Origin: Camelus ferus
Lineage: Eukaryota
Assembly: GCF_009834535.1 (NCBI RefSeq)
Contig: NC_045697.1
Location: 50,098,001 to 50,162,000 of the forward strand
Direction: 5' to 3'
Length of the DNA: 64,000 nt
Shown here: piece by piece, positions 50,690 through 64,000 of the stretch
Numbering within the stretch: the first letter of the stretch is position 1
Layout: each line of letters starts with the position of its first letter
The notes under the pieces: generated by a model
The model's database searches: none
Told to the model about the DNA's origin: nothing
The model's input: only the letters and a program-made list of their open reading frames with translations
Made by a program: the position numbers and the translations under genes

Positions 50690-52555
50690 GGAAAATCCTT
50701 AGGAACACGGAGAAAGACCATGTTCATGGATCAGACAATCTGTATTATAAATATACCCATTTGAATTAAACTAATTCTATAAATTCAATTTAATTCCAAG
50801 AAAATACTAGTAGAACTTATTTGGGAGAAATTTGACTAATTCCAAAATTTATATGGGTGAATGAAGGTCTACAAATAACTAAGAAAAATTAAAGAGCAGA
50901 GATTCACCCTTCCAGGGTTATTTTGAAACTAGTGTGGAATAGGGTCCAGAAACAAATCCATGGATATTTAGGTTGTATCAGGAATCATATTACAAATCAG
51001 GACAAATTGGCTAACTATATGGAGAGAAATAAAGTTGGATCCCTCACACAGCATAAAAAATGCATTAAGATTTAATTGTGAAAGATGAAACTACAAAACT
51101 CTTGTTAAGCTCATGATGAGTTAAGCATTCTTAAATAAAACCTCAGAAGTACAAACACTAAAGGCAAGAAAATCCAAAATCAAAACCAAAAAACCAGTAA
51201 GTGTAAGTAAGTACAGAAAATTAAATAATTTTTTACAGTGAGGATCCCTGTAAACAATTAATATCTGGGTAACATATTGGAAGGAACATTTCCAATACTG
51301 ACAAGAGATTAATATTTAGTCTATGTAAGAAACCTTTGCAAATCAACAAAAAGACAGAAAATTTTCAAAAAATGCCAAGGGGTATGAAGAGGTAATTGAT
51401 AAAATGGGAAACTGAATGGCCGACAGGTACATAAAGGACTCCATCTCACTATTAAATAAGAAGTTGCTAATTGAATAACAAAGAAATGGTACTTTTCCTT
51501 CATAATTTTGTCAAGAATTAGAAAGTTAATTAGAATGTTAGAAATTAGATAATATTAAGTGCTGACAAAAATGTGGATAAAATACAACCTTCATGCCTGT
51601 GGGGGAAGTGACAGCTTTCCCAGGCATTCTGGAGAGCAATCTAGCAGTACTTACTCAGTAAAATTACATGGGAAAATACCCTCCAACCCAGCAATCTTAC
51701 ATCTGGGCATATACCCCAAAGAAATTCTTCACATAGATCTATAATTCCACTCCTAGCTTATGTAGAAAAGAAAAATGTTTACGTATGTTCGCCAAAAGAT
51801 TTATACAAGAATGTTCCAATAAACACTATTCATAATAACAAAAAATAGATGTCCAATTTTAGAATAGATAAGTAAAGACAGTTAGATAAAATAATTATGA
51901 TATATTAACAGAATATTATACAGTAATAAGAATAAATAAACTATAACTACCAACAATTGCAAGGATGAAACTCGGAAACATTGTGCTGAGGGAAACAAGC
52001 AAGAATCAAGAGTATGTACAACATGAAGCGATTGTAAAAGATCCCAAAACAGGGTATTTGGAAGGAGGCACAGGTGGGGCTTTCGGAAGGTGCTGGAAAT
52101 ATTCTGTTTCTTGGTGTGGATGCCAGATGTGGTTGTGCTCATTTTGTAGAATTCATTGTGCTGTAGACTTAATGATTTGCCAACTTTTATGTGTGTTGCA
52201 CTTGAATAAAATTTATATTAAAAAATAAGTACATGTACTAAACAACGTTATATGTCTTTTCAAGTATCCATATCAATCTAGGTAACCATTGCATAGATAG
52301 AGAACTGGAAAATACCGATCATTTCCAAAGATGTCAAGTGGCAGATCATATACAAAATACATGAATGTTGAGGTCTTACAGGTGGCGAGAGAAATGCGAA
52401 TGAGGATCGGGAAAATATGGGTAGGGGTAAACTAACTGTAGGTTGAGAAACATGATTTGGGATAAACTAAAGGAAGGCGTGGCCTGGGCCAGTGCTGATG
52501 TTGTACCACAAGCTGAGGAAAGAGATGGGCCAATTTTGTGCACCTGAGTCTAGGG
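50690..52555 (+). mobile_element. Old L1 (L1MC/ME-like) ORF2-3'UTR fragments
   Basis: gaaagaccatgttcatggatcagaca...tataaattcaat..aattccaa...ttccaaaatttatatgg...aacccagcaatcttacatctgggcatataccccaaagaaat...ttttgtgcacctgag. Confidence 0.75.
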
Positions 52556-53589
52556 GAAGAAAAATACCATTTTTTCAAAACTTATTAGTTCCAGGCCCTG
52601 GAATATAGCAGAAAACAAGGAAAACACTGTCCCCTCCCCTCCGAGCTCCATAATCTTGTAGGGAGACAGACATTCAGCAAATAAGTGCTCAGCCAATAAT
52701 GCATTAAAATTCTGGTAAATGCTACAGCAAAAAGAAAGTGCAACAGAATGAGAAAGTAGGAGAGAAGATGTAAAACGAGGTCCCCTGCCTCAGTCGATCT
52801 GGTGGAGAGGGGTCTCCAGTATGGAAGCGTAGGTGAGTGGGAAATGTGCCCAGGGTGCTGGGATGGGCCCAGGGTGTTGGGTTGAGCCCAGGAGTGTTAC
52901 AGACAAAGCAGAAGAAAGTTAGTGATCACAGGATATCAAAACTTGAGACATCTCTGGTCAAATGAGGTTTCCGAGCTCCTTATTTCATATAATATTTAGA
53001 TGTCTGCCTACTGGCTTTACCAATATGGCAAAATGACCTGGTTTTCATTTGAGATTGGGAGTGAGTTAGGAGGGAGTGAGAGTAGAAATACCATCTCATT
53101 TAAATGGAGATTATCGCTCTCTTGACTGACTACTGAGTCTGATAAACACAGTGAACTGCTTAAAAACTGTTAAGGGGACAATCATCGTAAATTATGCATA
53201 ATTTCTAATAAAAATTTTAAAACTATTTGATAATATGAATATGGTAATGTGATGACTATAGATGACTATTCATCTAAAAGCAACTGTGAGAATGTTATAC
53301 ATAAGGACTGATTTAAAAGTTAAATATTTTCCTCTCTCCTCTATATATGCCCTATGGACTTTTGCTGTAAAATGTACATGACCTGTGGCCTTGATCTCAA
53401 AATAGGTACTAAGACATACAAGACACCAATATTTCACCTAGGACTACAGAATTTTCCACTAAGTTTTAAAACTATAAAGCCTGTGAAAGATAGGCAACTT
53501 CATCATAAGAGGGCCCTTGAAAAATTTTGTTGTGCTATACATGGATCTGTTTTAGCTACAGCAACATTAATGGACTGAAAATTCAAAGC

Positions 53590-53700
53590 CATTAAAAAAT
53601 GTGAAAACGAATATATGTATGTTCATGTATGACTGAGGCATTATGCTGTACACCAGAAATTTTCACAACATTGTAAACTGGCTATACTTCAATAAAAAAA
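53590..53700 (+). mobile_element. Short camelid-type L1 3' end
   Basis: gaatatatgtatgttcatgtatgactga..cattatgctgtacaccagaaatt..cacaacattgtaaactggctatacttcaataaaaaaa. Confidence 0.85.
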
Positions 53701-54289
53701 TACGTGTATGTAAAATACCTGCTATAACACAATGTGTGACACATGTGAATAATGTTTAACAGACTGTTTCTGGAGAAATTTCACGGGTTGTTAAATGATT
53801 AACAGAATCCCAACTAGGTCCTTAGCTTTTCATGTTTAGACACAGAATTTCTATGTGGTATGCAGCAGTGATTGGTCTAATGTGTTCTGACGCTTCTTAG
53901 TAAGAGTGAGTGGGTAGAGTGGATCTGGATTCTACTTGGTTCCATCATTCTATGATCATAGGCAAGTGAGTTAGCCTTGCTGTGGACTGGTTTCCTCACC
54001 TGTAAAATTGTGGAATGGGCTAGTAGCAATACTGTTTTGATGGTCTGTGTATTCATTTCAATGGGTAACCTCTCCCCTAGTGGCTGTCATACTTTGAGTT
54101 GGGTTTCTCAATGACTTCTTTTCCAGGATTGGAGTACCTACTAAACCAAATGGCTCATCTGAATGTTACTTAATGAACATGAAGCTGTGACTAAAGAAAG
54201 GGATGTACATGGAGATATTTCACCTTGGCTGCAACAAATCTTGAGGAAGACCCCCTACTCCTTAATAGAGTGCACTGTCTGAGTGAGCC

Positions 54290-54886
54290 ATGGAGAATAA
54301 CCACTCCAACCGCTCTTTAGGAAAGAATTTGCCTTCCAGCCACCCAGAGGGCAGAAAACTGACAGCCTCCAGCTGCAGCCCCTTTGGGGTCTACCAAAGC
54401 CTTCAAGCTGAGGCCAAACTCTTTCTGGGCAACTCCCAGTCAACCAGTGGGCAGGGTGGGGCTCCTTGGGCCTCGCCATTTTTACCCAATGGGTTTGGAA
54501 TGACCCACTGAGTTGACAGAGACCTGTTAGATCAGCATCACCATTTTGAGGCTTTCCCTGTCCAATCTTGCTTCCTTTTCACTTTCCTTTTGCAGGTGAC
54601 AAGTCAACCTTGTGGCTAAAAGGCTTTTCCTGCCCAATCCACCTTCTTCCTCCCTCTTTGTCTTTTGTGATGGGCAATTGGAAAGATAGGGGGTGGGGAG
54701 AATGTCCTTGCTTTCTCCCCAGCCTCCAGAACTGTGAGAAAGACATTTCCGTTGTTTATATGCTAGCCAGTATACGGTGTTGTTTTTTTTTATTGCAGCC
54801 CTAATGGACTGAGACATCTTTCCAATAAACCTCTTGGATTTCTAAATCTGTCTCGGTATCCACTGCCTGGAGAACCTAATGTCAAC
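54290..54886 (+). mobile_element. ERVL LTR (LTR16-like) with nested MLT1A/MST 3' fragment (~54715-54816)
   Basis: ctgacagcctccagctgcagcccctttgggg...agctgaggcca..ctctttctgggcaactcccag; ccaataaacctcttg..tctaaatctgtctcggtatc..ctgcctggagaacc; insert ccagcctccagaactgtgagaaa...gcagccctaatggactgagaca. Confidence 0.7.
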
Positions 54887-56224
54887 TGACATTCCTTTAC
54901 AGATTCAAATGCTTTTCCTATTAGGTTCCATCCTGTTTATCACCTTATTTTTGCCATTGTCTTGACAACATTATCTTCATTTTAATAGAGCCTCACAACA
55001 AGTACAATTCTCAAAATTTTGTGTTTTTGACTTATAATTTTAGATTGGTTGTGTCCAGTTAATCTTACTTTCATGTTAACATGGTTAATTACTTGTATGC
55101 AGTCACTCTGGGAAGGAGTAGAGAGAAGTGATGTTGGGGGTCAGGACAGCTGTGCAGTCTTGAGTCCTGATCCCAGCTTATCACCTAGTATTTGTGAGGC
55201 CTTGAAAGAGTTACTTTACATCTTTGAGCCTCAGTTTCCTCTTCTGTAAAATGAGGGTAATATAATTTATATTATTATTATTATATTATATTATATTATC
55301 ATTATTCCAGGGAGTAATGACATGTGCAAAGACTTGCTCAAAGTTAGAAAATAATCACTTTGAGCCTAATCTTGACAATGCGTATTCCTAAAGTACAATA
55401 TATTATAAAAATCTGTTGCATACAGAAAGAGGTGTAATTAAAGCAAAAAGAAGAGGCTTGGCCAGCCTGGAGATCAGAACCAGAAAGGAACATGTTGGTG
55501 GTAGTTCTGTGTCCTTCAGGTAGAGAGACACTTTCCCTGAGTCAGCTGCCTACCATGGTGAGAAGGAGCAGTTCATCACACCACAGTTCTCTCATGGTTT
55601 GGATCAAATAGCCCTCAGGATCATCCAGCCCCCTTGCTTAGTAACTCCCTGCTTAGTATCTTCCCGCTTAGTAACTTCTCAGTTTCTTCCCCTGAGTCCA
55701 AGGAAATTGAGGGATGGTTATGCGTTTCTACTGTTTTGAATCTGCCACCCTGTGTAGATTAAGGCAAGCCTCTCATTCATTCTCCCTGACACTTGTTTCT
55801 ACAACAATAATAGTATTTGCCCTGCTTTCATCACATTTCTGACATGAGACTCGGATGATAAAACCTGAAACAGCTTTGCCAAAGTCCAAGTCATCCCTCC
55901 GAATGTGTTACACGTTTTTTGTTATTCCTTGAAAATGACAGTTTAAAATGCCTATTTTCTGGAAGTTTTTTAAACAGTGACCCTAAGGGGAGAGAACTTC
56001 AGGCACTGTCACAGCTGGAGGAGAGACTGAATTTCAGGAAATCATATCGTGTATATAACTGCCTCATTTTACTCCAAATGAGGCTGGGTACACATGGAAT
56101 ATAACAAAAGTGATGCCCTAATTTTATCATTAAAAACTATCTTATGTTCAAGACTACGAATCCTATGAGATCAACTACTGCTGCTACACATCGCCTTTCT
56201 CTTTAGTTAATGATATTGATTTTA

Positions 56225-56608
56225 TATATCAGCCAGCTTGAGCTGTCTTAACAAAATACCACAGGTGGGTGGCTTAAAAAACAGAAATTTATTTTCTCCC
56301 AGTTCTAGAGGCTGGAAAGTTCAAGATCAAAGTCTGGCCAATTTGCTTCCTGATAACCCCTCTTCCTGATTATGTCCCCACATGAGAGAGAGGGAAAGAA
56401 AGAGGGAGAGTGAACGAGAACGAGAGTGAGCGAGAGAGAGAAATATTGTGCCTCTTCTTAAAAGGGCACTAGTCCCATTATGAGGGGGTCACCCTCATGA
56501 TTTCATCTAACCCTAATTACCTCCAAAAGGCTCCATGTTCAAATACATTCATAAAGCAGGTTGGGGCTTCAACATATGAATTCGGGGGGACACAGTTAGT
56601 CCATAACA
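56225..56608 (-). mobile_element. MaLR LTR (MLT1A-like)
   Basis: aacaaaataccacaggtgggtggcttaaa..acagaaatttattttctcccagttctagaggctgg...ctaattacctccaaaaggc...gggcttcaacatatgaattcggggggacacagttagtccataaca. Confidence 0.88.
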
Positions 56609-57794
56609 CACAGTCTCATCTCTGATGAAGCATCTGAGATTGTAGACTGTCTGCTTTACACAAGGGCATCAGGAAGAAGCCTGCAGAAGAGAATGCACCT
56701 AGAGCTTTCTTGTTCCCAAGTCCAAAGCAGCTGTTTAGTGTGAATACTTCATAGCAGTCATACTGCCATGGACGGTTATAAGACTGCTGGGCAGGAGGTG
56801 ACGGCATCACTGTCTAACTCAATTCCAGCTTTATTCACAGAATCAGGGCAGATTCAAGCAACTAAACAGGAGGTCAAAGGTAAAGAAAAGGCAGAGAACG
56901 GGGCCTCTCACATACTTACTACAAATAATAAAATTATTCTAGTCAAACCACAATCCCTGCAACTTCCTACTTACAAAAGTCTCCAATTAAACTTAGGCTA
57001 GATTTTCTTTTTTTTTAATTAAAATTAAAGGTTAAATACCCATAATATTTATAATATTATAAAATAATACTACTAATAAAATGAACACCTACGTAACTGA
57101 TCCCAGCTTGAGAAATGGAATATTAACAATACCCATTCTGTGCCTTTTCTGATCTCATCCCTGCCCTGTTCTCTCCTTAAAAGTAACCACTTGCTGGAAT
57201 TTTGTGGGATTTTTTTTTTTTTATCCTCTTGCTTTTCTTTATAGATTTGACCACAGAGCCTAAAATCATATACTTTTAGTTTTGTACTTTTTGAACCATA
57301 TATAAATAGAAAGCAAGATTTTCTTTAGCTATTTACTATGATTACATGTCCCCTTTCAAAATGTTACCACAGATACAATTTTAAAAAGAATCCTTCAAAG
57401 GCACCTCATTTCCAAAAACGTTCCCTTTTCACAGCTTTCATTAAATGTTAATTGGAAGAAAAATGAGAAACAGCAATGCTGCACATTTTTACCTGTGATT
57501 ACCCTCTATGATAATTTTTCCTTGAGTCTTTGTGGTGTGTGCATGAAATTGAAGAAGAAAGGCAAGGGCTGGAGGGGGATAAAGACCTTCTCATTGGCTG
57601 TATGATTGCTGAGATGACACAGATCTGACCGATCAGAGCATTCCATCCCTTGGGCCATGGTGCTAAGTTCATGGTAAACATGTGACTGAAGTGAGGTCAG
57701 CAAGAGTCCAGTCCCTGGCCTTTTTACAATTATGCTTTACTTGTTAAGCCTTTAGATCATCACTGTCAATAGAACCCAAATTGCTTGGATAATC

Positions 57795-58515
57795 TTTTTT
57801 TTCAATCAAAATATATTTGACATATAACATTCTGTGAATTTAAGGTGTACAGCATGTTAATTTGGTACATTTGTATATTGTAGTATGATCGTCGTAGTGA
57901 TAATTAGCACCCCTATCACTGTCACATAATTATCCTTTCTTTTTATTGGTTGGAATAATTAAGTTCTAGTCTCTTAGCAAGTTTGGTAATTATAATACAA
58001 TATTGTTGTCTATATTAACTATACTATGCATTAGATCTCTAGGGTTTATTTACTACTCACTGTAAGTATGGAACCTCAAACATGTGTCCTGTTCTCCCAC
58101 CTCTGTCCCTGGTGACCACCATTTTATTCTCTGTTTTTATGAATTTTACTTTCTTAGATTCCACATATAAGTGACATCATACATTACTGGTCTTTCTCTA
58201 TCTGACTTACCTCACTTTGGTAATGTTTTCAAGGTCCGTCTATGTTGTTGCAAATGGCAGGATGTTCTCCTTCCTAACAGCTGAGTAATATTCCATTGTA
58301 TACATATCACAGATGGCCCATTCACTTGCTAATGGACATTTAGGTTGTTTCCATATCTGGTTATTGTGAACAATGTTGCAATAAACATGAGAGTGCATAT
58401 ATTTCTTCAAAGTTCTGTTTTGGTTTCCTTTGGGTGTATACCCAGAAGTGGGATTGCTGGATCATATGGTAGATCTATTTTTAATTCATTGAGGAATCTC
58501 CAATATTGTTTTCCA
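57795..58515 (-). mobile_element. L1MA-type 3' end
   Basis: ttgacatataacatt..aatttaaggtgtacagcatgttaatttg...ttagattccacatataagtga...atacccagaagtgggattgctggatcatatggtagatctattttt. Confidence 0.9.
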
Positions 58516-60109
58516 TTAAGTTATGTGTATACTTTCTACTGTAACAACATAATTAGTGATTTTGCTGAAATGAAGGCAAATAAGGAAAAATAATCTTAAA
58601 GAACAGATACCAGTACTTTATAAATTATGTGTGTCTTCTTATTACTCAACTGCTCATCACAAGGCCGCCCAGACTGAGCCACTATCAACAGAACACCTAG
58701 ACTTACATAATAACAATTCGATTGAGTCATCCTCAGTCAGAAGCAAAGCATAGCTTCACACAACTTTTTATTTTGTTGTTATGAATGTGTATTTATTAGG
58801 ATGAGAGGACAGAATATACTCTATTGTTTGTTGTTGTTTTTTTTTTTTTTAGCCTGAGTTAAATTTTTACAATACTTAGAAGTATGCTATGTGGGCCTCC
58901 ATTTTCATTCTTGCCCTAGGCCTAGTCGTTGTTTGGGGCAGCCTAGCTGGAGCCTGTTCCCATCTCTAGAGAACCCCTAGCTTCAATCTTTATTTTTCTC
59001 CAGATATGTGTAAGCTCTTCCCTTTCCATTTCCTATTGCTATTAGCACCTTCTGGTTTTCCGACAGGAGGAAGCCATTCTAAGTCTATAGGTCTACTTCT
59101 GCTGCATCCGGCAGGTGATGCTGGCCCCCTGAGAACTGCTACAGAGTTGCAAGGCTTCATCTCAGAGGGCTGAGGCCCAGGAAGATTGTGGTGAGGCCAC
59201 TGTATGAGTGTGTGTGTGCGTGTGTCTATGTGTATCAGGATGGAGAAGAGTATGTGGGAATAAAGGAAAATGAAGACAAAGAGGTACTTTGAGAGAATAA
59301 GTGGAAACAAGGTGTACATGGGTACAAAATGATAACTGATGGGTATTTGTCTTAAAATTTCAAAAAGAGACAAATGATGGTGAGCACAGGGTTCTGAGGA
59401 TAACAACAAAGAGAACCATTTCTTCATCTGCAGTCCTGGGAAGCTCACTTTGAGAACTGCAGATATTCAGAGCCAGAATTTCTTTAACTTAAAGGGCAAT
59501 TATGAACCAATTAACTTTAATGGACAAATCAGAATTGTGCTTACTTTTTTAGCCAAAGCCTAGTCAGATTCATTAAGAAGGCTTTACACTTCTTTATGAA
59601 GCTTTGATTCCACTTGGCACTCTCCTCTGTCTACTTCAGGCTGAGTTTCCCAACGAGGTGAAACTCTCTTAATCAATTGGTCAAGCCAACTATGGCCTCA
59701 TGAGTCCAAATGTCCTTTGATAATAAAAAAAGCTAACAGGCGTGTCTGGGCAATGGCTCAGGGGGTCAGAAATGTATCAATAGGAATTAAAGGCAGTTTA
59801 AGATGAAAGGAAATCCTTATACCCTCTTCATGATGGCTGTAGTCCCAGTCTGCTTCATAAGCAGAAATAGGGAGAAAAGAGTTCCAGGGAGTAACAGAAT
59901 CAAGAGACAAGCTACAAAGCAGGGGGTTGGGGAAGCTTCATTACATTGTTACCCTAGTGGTTGTGATTCCAGTCCAATAAGAACACCAGTGGACACCAGT
60001 CCTGGGTTTGGAGAAAATGTAATAGGATGATTATGCTGCAAACCATAATCAAATCATAATTTGCAGTTCCTGCCTAGGAAAGGAGATGTGAGCATGCATC
60101 GAGATCTCT

Positions 60110-60322
60110 CCTAGGATGATCTGAAAATCAAACACTTGTATCAGAGTCACCTGGAGGCTTGTCATGTGGTTGATCCCTGCTCAACTGAGATTTACGGAAG
60201 CAGAAGTTCTGAGATCAGGGCCTGGGGATATGCATTAAACAAAAACAAAACAAAACCTAAACCAAAACAAAAACACTTCCTAGGAAGTTCAAATACACAA
60301 TAAAATTGAGAATTACTGGCTT
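60110..60322. mobile_element. MER5-like DNA transposon
   Basis: tatcagagtcacctggaggcttgt...gggcctggggatatgcatt...aattgagaattactggcttaga. Confidence 0.6.
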
Positions 60323-62861
60323 AGAGGATAGCTAAGAATATCAATTTTCCTTTATCCATTGTCTTAACTTGTGTCTTGATTGGTGGGGAATGAAGTCACA
60401 CTGAAGGATACTAGGGCAAACCCAGAATATCTCTATAAAATGGAAGCTTAATTTCTTAGTATGTCACTGAAGGAGCCAACTGCCACCGTGGAGGGTGGGT
60501 TGAATGTCCTTAGTGACATCATCATACCTAATTTGAATTTGAAGAATTACAAATTACAGGAATTTATTAAGCTCATGAGTATAGAAAGGTACTCAACATA
60601 ACTAAGATATAATGAAGCATGTAGTTACAATGACAATATAAGCTCTGAATCTGTAATGTTTGGATAAGATAACCACAGTCATTCTTATCTATTCATTGAG
60701 GCTGAGCAATGGTTACATAACAGGATATTAAAATAGAAGCATCAGATAACTGAGTTATGAGAGAGAGCACTGATTTGAATTTGAAAAATGTAGGTGGCCA
60801 AGACTTAGTTGCTTTATAACAATAGAGGCTTTGAGGAGGAAGAGGACTTTTGGGAGAGGACCATTTGTGTACTGAGTTCTATCTCCTTTTGGAGGGGAAG
60901 GGTGGGTGAGGCTTTCCCCTGGACCTCAACTCAAAAAGGAGGTGTTTGTTCTAAGGAGACCACTGAAAATTCATTGAGATCATTGTGAGTTGCCTGCAGT
61001 TTGACAGGCTCATAGTGACTGCGTGGGAATCCTGCCTGAAGAAAGAAAGTGGAAAAGTCTAGTTGCTGATGGATAAGCTGATGGATCGGTGTCCTGGGTT
61101 TGGCTTGTACCCCCAGGGTGGCTGTGAAAGGATACCTGTGTGTTTCCCTTTTGCTGATGTGGACTGCACACAGTGGGTTCTGCACACAGTGGGAATGCTG
61201 GCCTAGAGTTGTCTTCGTTTCAGAAGGCCCTCTGGATGGCCAAACAAGCCTCAGAAAAGAGAAGCTGAGGATATGGTCAAGTCCCTAGGTTCGAGGCCAC
61301 AAGGTGGAATAGGGAGGAACCCAGGAGAATCAAGAGAACTTCAGGGAGAACAAGCCTAGTGATGGAAGTTTCCTGAACAGTAAGTGAATATGCCCAGCAA
61401 AGGAAAAGCAGGCTCTAATCATCTGCTGGGCTCTGAAAGTTCTAGATGAGCTTATGACCTTATGGGCCTGTGTCAAATGAAAGCTTTCCTGTTTTCCTTC
61501 CCTTTTTCTCCCTCTCACTCTCCCACACCCTTGTCTCTTAGCTCAGAAGCATTAGGGACAGCAACTGCTGATGAGGGAGAATGTGAGAGAGAAGGGGAGA
61601 AGCCCATCACCCCTCCCTTCCCAGCTTCAGCCTTGCTGCTGGCTGCAGAACCTGGCTGGAGGAGAATGGAGATGTCTCACCTTTGAGTGAGGACCAGACG
61701 TCTTGATTGTGAATTGAGACTTTACAACTTTAATCAGATTTCAAAATATTTTAAAAAAAGAATTTTCTAAGTTTTCATCCAGAAATAAGGAAACCACAAC
61801 AACAAAATAAGAACTGTAGGAAACAAAACATAAAGTCTCTTTGTAATTGCATCCTGCGAGATGTTTCTGATCATTGTAACAGTTAGTGTAGCTCTAGAAG
61901 TGGTGTGCCTCAGGTGTGATTTGAGCATGGAACTTGGGGGTTTCATCAACAAGGATTCAAAAATGAGTAAACCTGATCCTCTTTCCTTCCAAATTTATAT
62001 TCTATATGAGCATAGATTCTCTCTGCCAAAAGAGTCCAAGTTCCCTGGGGAAATCTCAGGCCCCTAATGGAGACCAGACCCTTCTAGTGAGCTCACAAGT
62101 TGTCTGGTGCCTCTGGCCAGGGTATGGCCAGACCTGGAGAGCCTGCCTTAGATAGAAGGCTCTCCTCCCATCTTTCCCTGAACCTGGATCTATAGAGTCT
62201 GACCATTCTTGAATCCCCAGGCAGGAGATGAGTTTGCCTTATGACACTTAGCAATCTGTGATGCTGCCAGAGAGATCACACAACCACAGAAGGATGAGCC
62301 TCCTTCCTGCTGCTGCCAAGTGCTGTCTTTTCAGAGGTCTTTTTTTGCTTCTGGCTGGGCAAACACCCCCCATGTGAAATCTTCCCCAGGCCTTACCGTT
62401 GATAACATGCCCACCTCCTGTCCTGTACTTCTTCTGTACCTTACTTTCACCTTCTCTTTATAGTGCCAAGGGTACCACTTTACTATTACATCTTTACATG
62501 GCTCTCTGCTCCACTGAAACCGTGAGGTCTTAGGAGGCTTTTTGTATGTCCAGCACAGCACATGGTACACAGAGAGTACTCAGTGTACACCAAAAAGTAG
62601 GGTTACTTGGTCTGATTTAAATGCTTTAGGGTATGTGTATGGGGTCAAACCAAGGCTTGGCCCTTTATCAACTAGATAAACAAATTACTTAACCTCTCTG
62701 TGTTTCATTTTTCTCACCTGCAAAATAGAGAACAATAAGTCTCTGCCTTTATAGGGTTGTGTGACTTAATATGTGAATGAGTCAAATCCATGAATCAATC
62801 CATGAAAATGTGTGGCTGGCACATAGTAGAAATTCAATACATTTCAGCAACTATTCTTTTC

Positions 62862-63078
62862 TTTAGTTTTATTTCTTATTGAAGTGTAGTTGATTTACAA
62901 TGTTAGTTTCAGGTGTACAGCAAAGCAAAGCAAAGCAAAGTTATACATACACATACATATGCATATTTTCTTTACAGAACTTTTCCATTATATGTTACTA
63001 CAAGAAATTGAATATGGTCCTTGTGCTCTACAGTAGGTCTTTGTTGATCTATTTTATATACAATAGTGTATCTGTTAA
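62862..63078 (-). mobile_element. Short L1 3' end (camelid type) with (GCAAA)n expansion
   Basis: ttgaagtgtagttgatttacaatgttagtttcaggtgtacagcaaagcaaagcaaagcaaag...ctacaagaaattgaatatggtccttgtgct. Confidence 0.88.
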
Positions 63079-63897
63079 TATTATTATTCCTGTTATTGTT
63101 ACTATCATTCTATTCATCATACTTTACAGCGATCTTTGATTTTGTTTTCTGTTCTTTAATTGTGCTGAGCATTCTGAGAGCAGAGACTAGTCTTATTTAA
63201 TCTAATATGCATGGAGGCTTGCCATGTACCTGACACAGAGTGGGTGCATTTCTCCTGATTATTGAGTGAATTAATTGAATAGATGTGACCGCAAAGGAGA
63301 TTCTTTGGGAAGAGAGGGCAAGAGAGTCTCTGGTCAATTAGTGCTGCAGCCGTGCATTTTTCTGGAAAAGCTGAAGTGGAAGAAATGGAGCTGAGCCCAG
63401 GTTATGTCATAATATTCCCAGCGAGATGACCTGAAGGCACACTTGTTACATGTGGAGAGAACATTCAGCAGTAGCACTGTGGGCTCTTTTTATTCCTTGT
63501 CTCTTGGCCTATAATTTGAAGTTTAACTGACCTTCATGCACAAAAATCCTAGTAATGAATTCAATTCATTTTTGAACAGAAGGTGATAAAAGTAATACTG
63601 TGCATCAGGAAAGTGGAAGAATTAATGAAGTAATTAACCTTAGTCAGCATGTGATATGACCCTGGCCCAAGGAACAGATAACAAAACAAGGAAAAATGCC
63701 TGGACTGAGAAAAGGGTTTATGATCAATGGGAAAAGGGGAGGACATTTGAAAGTCGTGCTTAAGGGGCAGTGATAGAAAAAATCTTTATGAGACGCGTAC
63801 TCTGGGACTGTCCCCATAGAAAGGATGTGGGTTGAAATTTGGGCTAATGACAAGCAGGGCATTGCAAGGGCAATTTTGGTGGAGAAAAAAGCAGCAG

Positions 63898-63899
63898 TT

Positions 63900-63974
<75 letters not shown>

Positions 63975-63990
63975 CTCTCTCTTTCTTTCT
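63898..63990. repeat. (TTTC)n microsatellite
   Basis: Direct observation of a long near-perfect tttc run. Confidence 0.97.
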
Positions 63991-64000
63991 TCCATCTTCT

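Noticed and set aside
58990..59448. 152-aa minus-strand ORF
   Set aside because: Non-ATG start, runs through a (TG)n tract and old L1-like sequence, no protein features
63786..63995. KERK-repeat ORF
   Set aside because: Translation of the (TTTC)n microsatellite

Overview
Mammalian genomic DNA, almost certainly camelid: a Vic-1-type tRNA-derived SINE and cetartiodactyl-style L1 ends are present, and I saw no Bov/PRE/Alu/B1 SINEs. The window is intergenic or deep intronic. I cannot support any intact host protein-coding exon, RNA gene or CRISPR array, and the supplied ORFs appear spurious or repeat-derived. Roughly half of the window is recognisable transposon relic (L1, L2, MIR, MaLR/ERVL/ERV1 LTRs, hAT/Tigger DNA transposons). 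The main object is a heavily decayed class I (ERV1) provirus at ~1.4-7.24 kb. It has readable pro/RT/RNase H/integrase and env (SU CxxC remnant, TM immunosuppressive domain) motifs and a 3' LTR, lacks a 5' LTR, is interrupted by an MLT1 LTR, and shows a possible G-to-A bias. Other points of interest are an orphan CpG-rich L1 5'UTR/promoter (47.1-47.9 kb), a still-open ancient L2/CR1-clade RT-like frame (48.8-49.0 kb), a PBX/MEIS/PREP motif cluster (11.77-12.09 kb), a CTCF-like site and several nested insertions. I found no convincing novel biological system. Repeat subfamily names are from memory of consensus sequences and boundaries are approximate.
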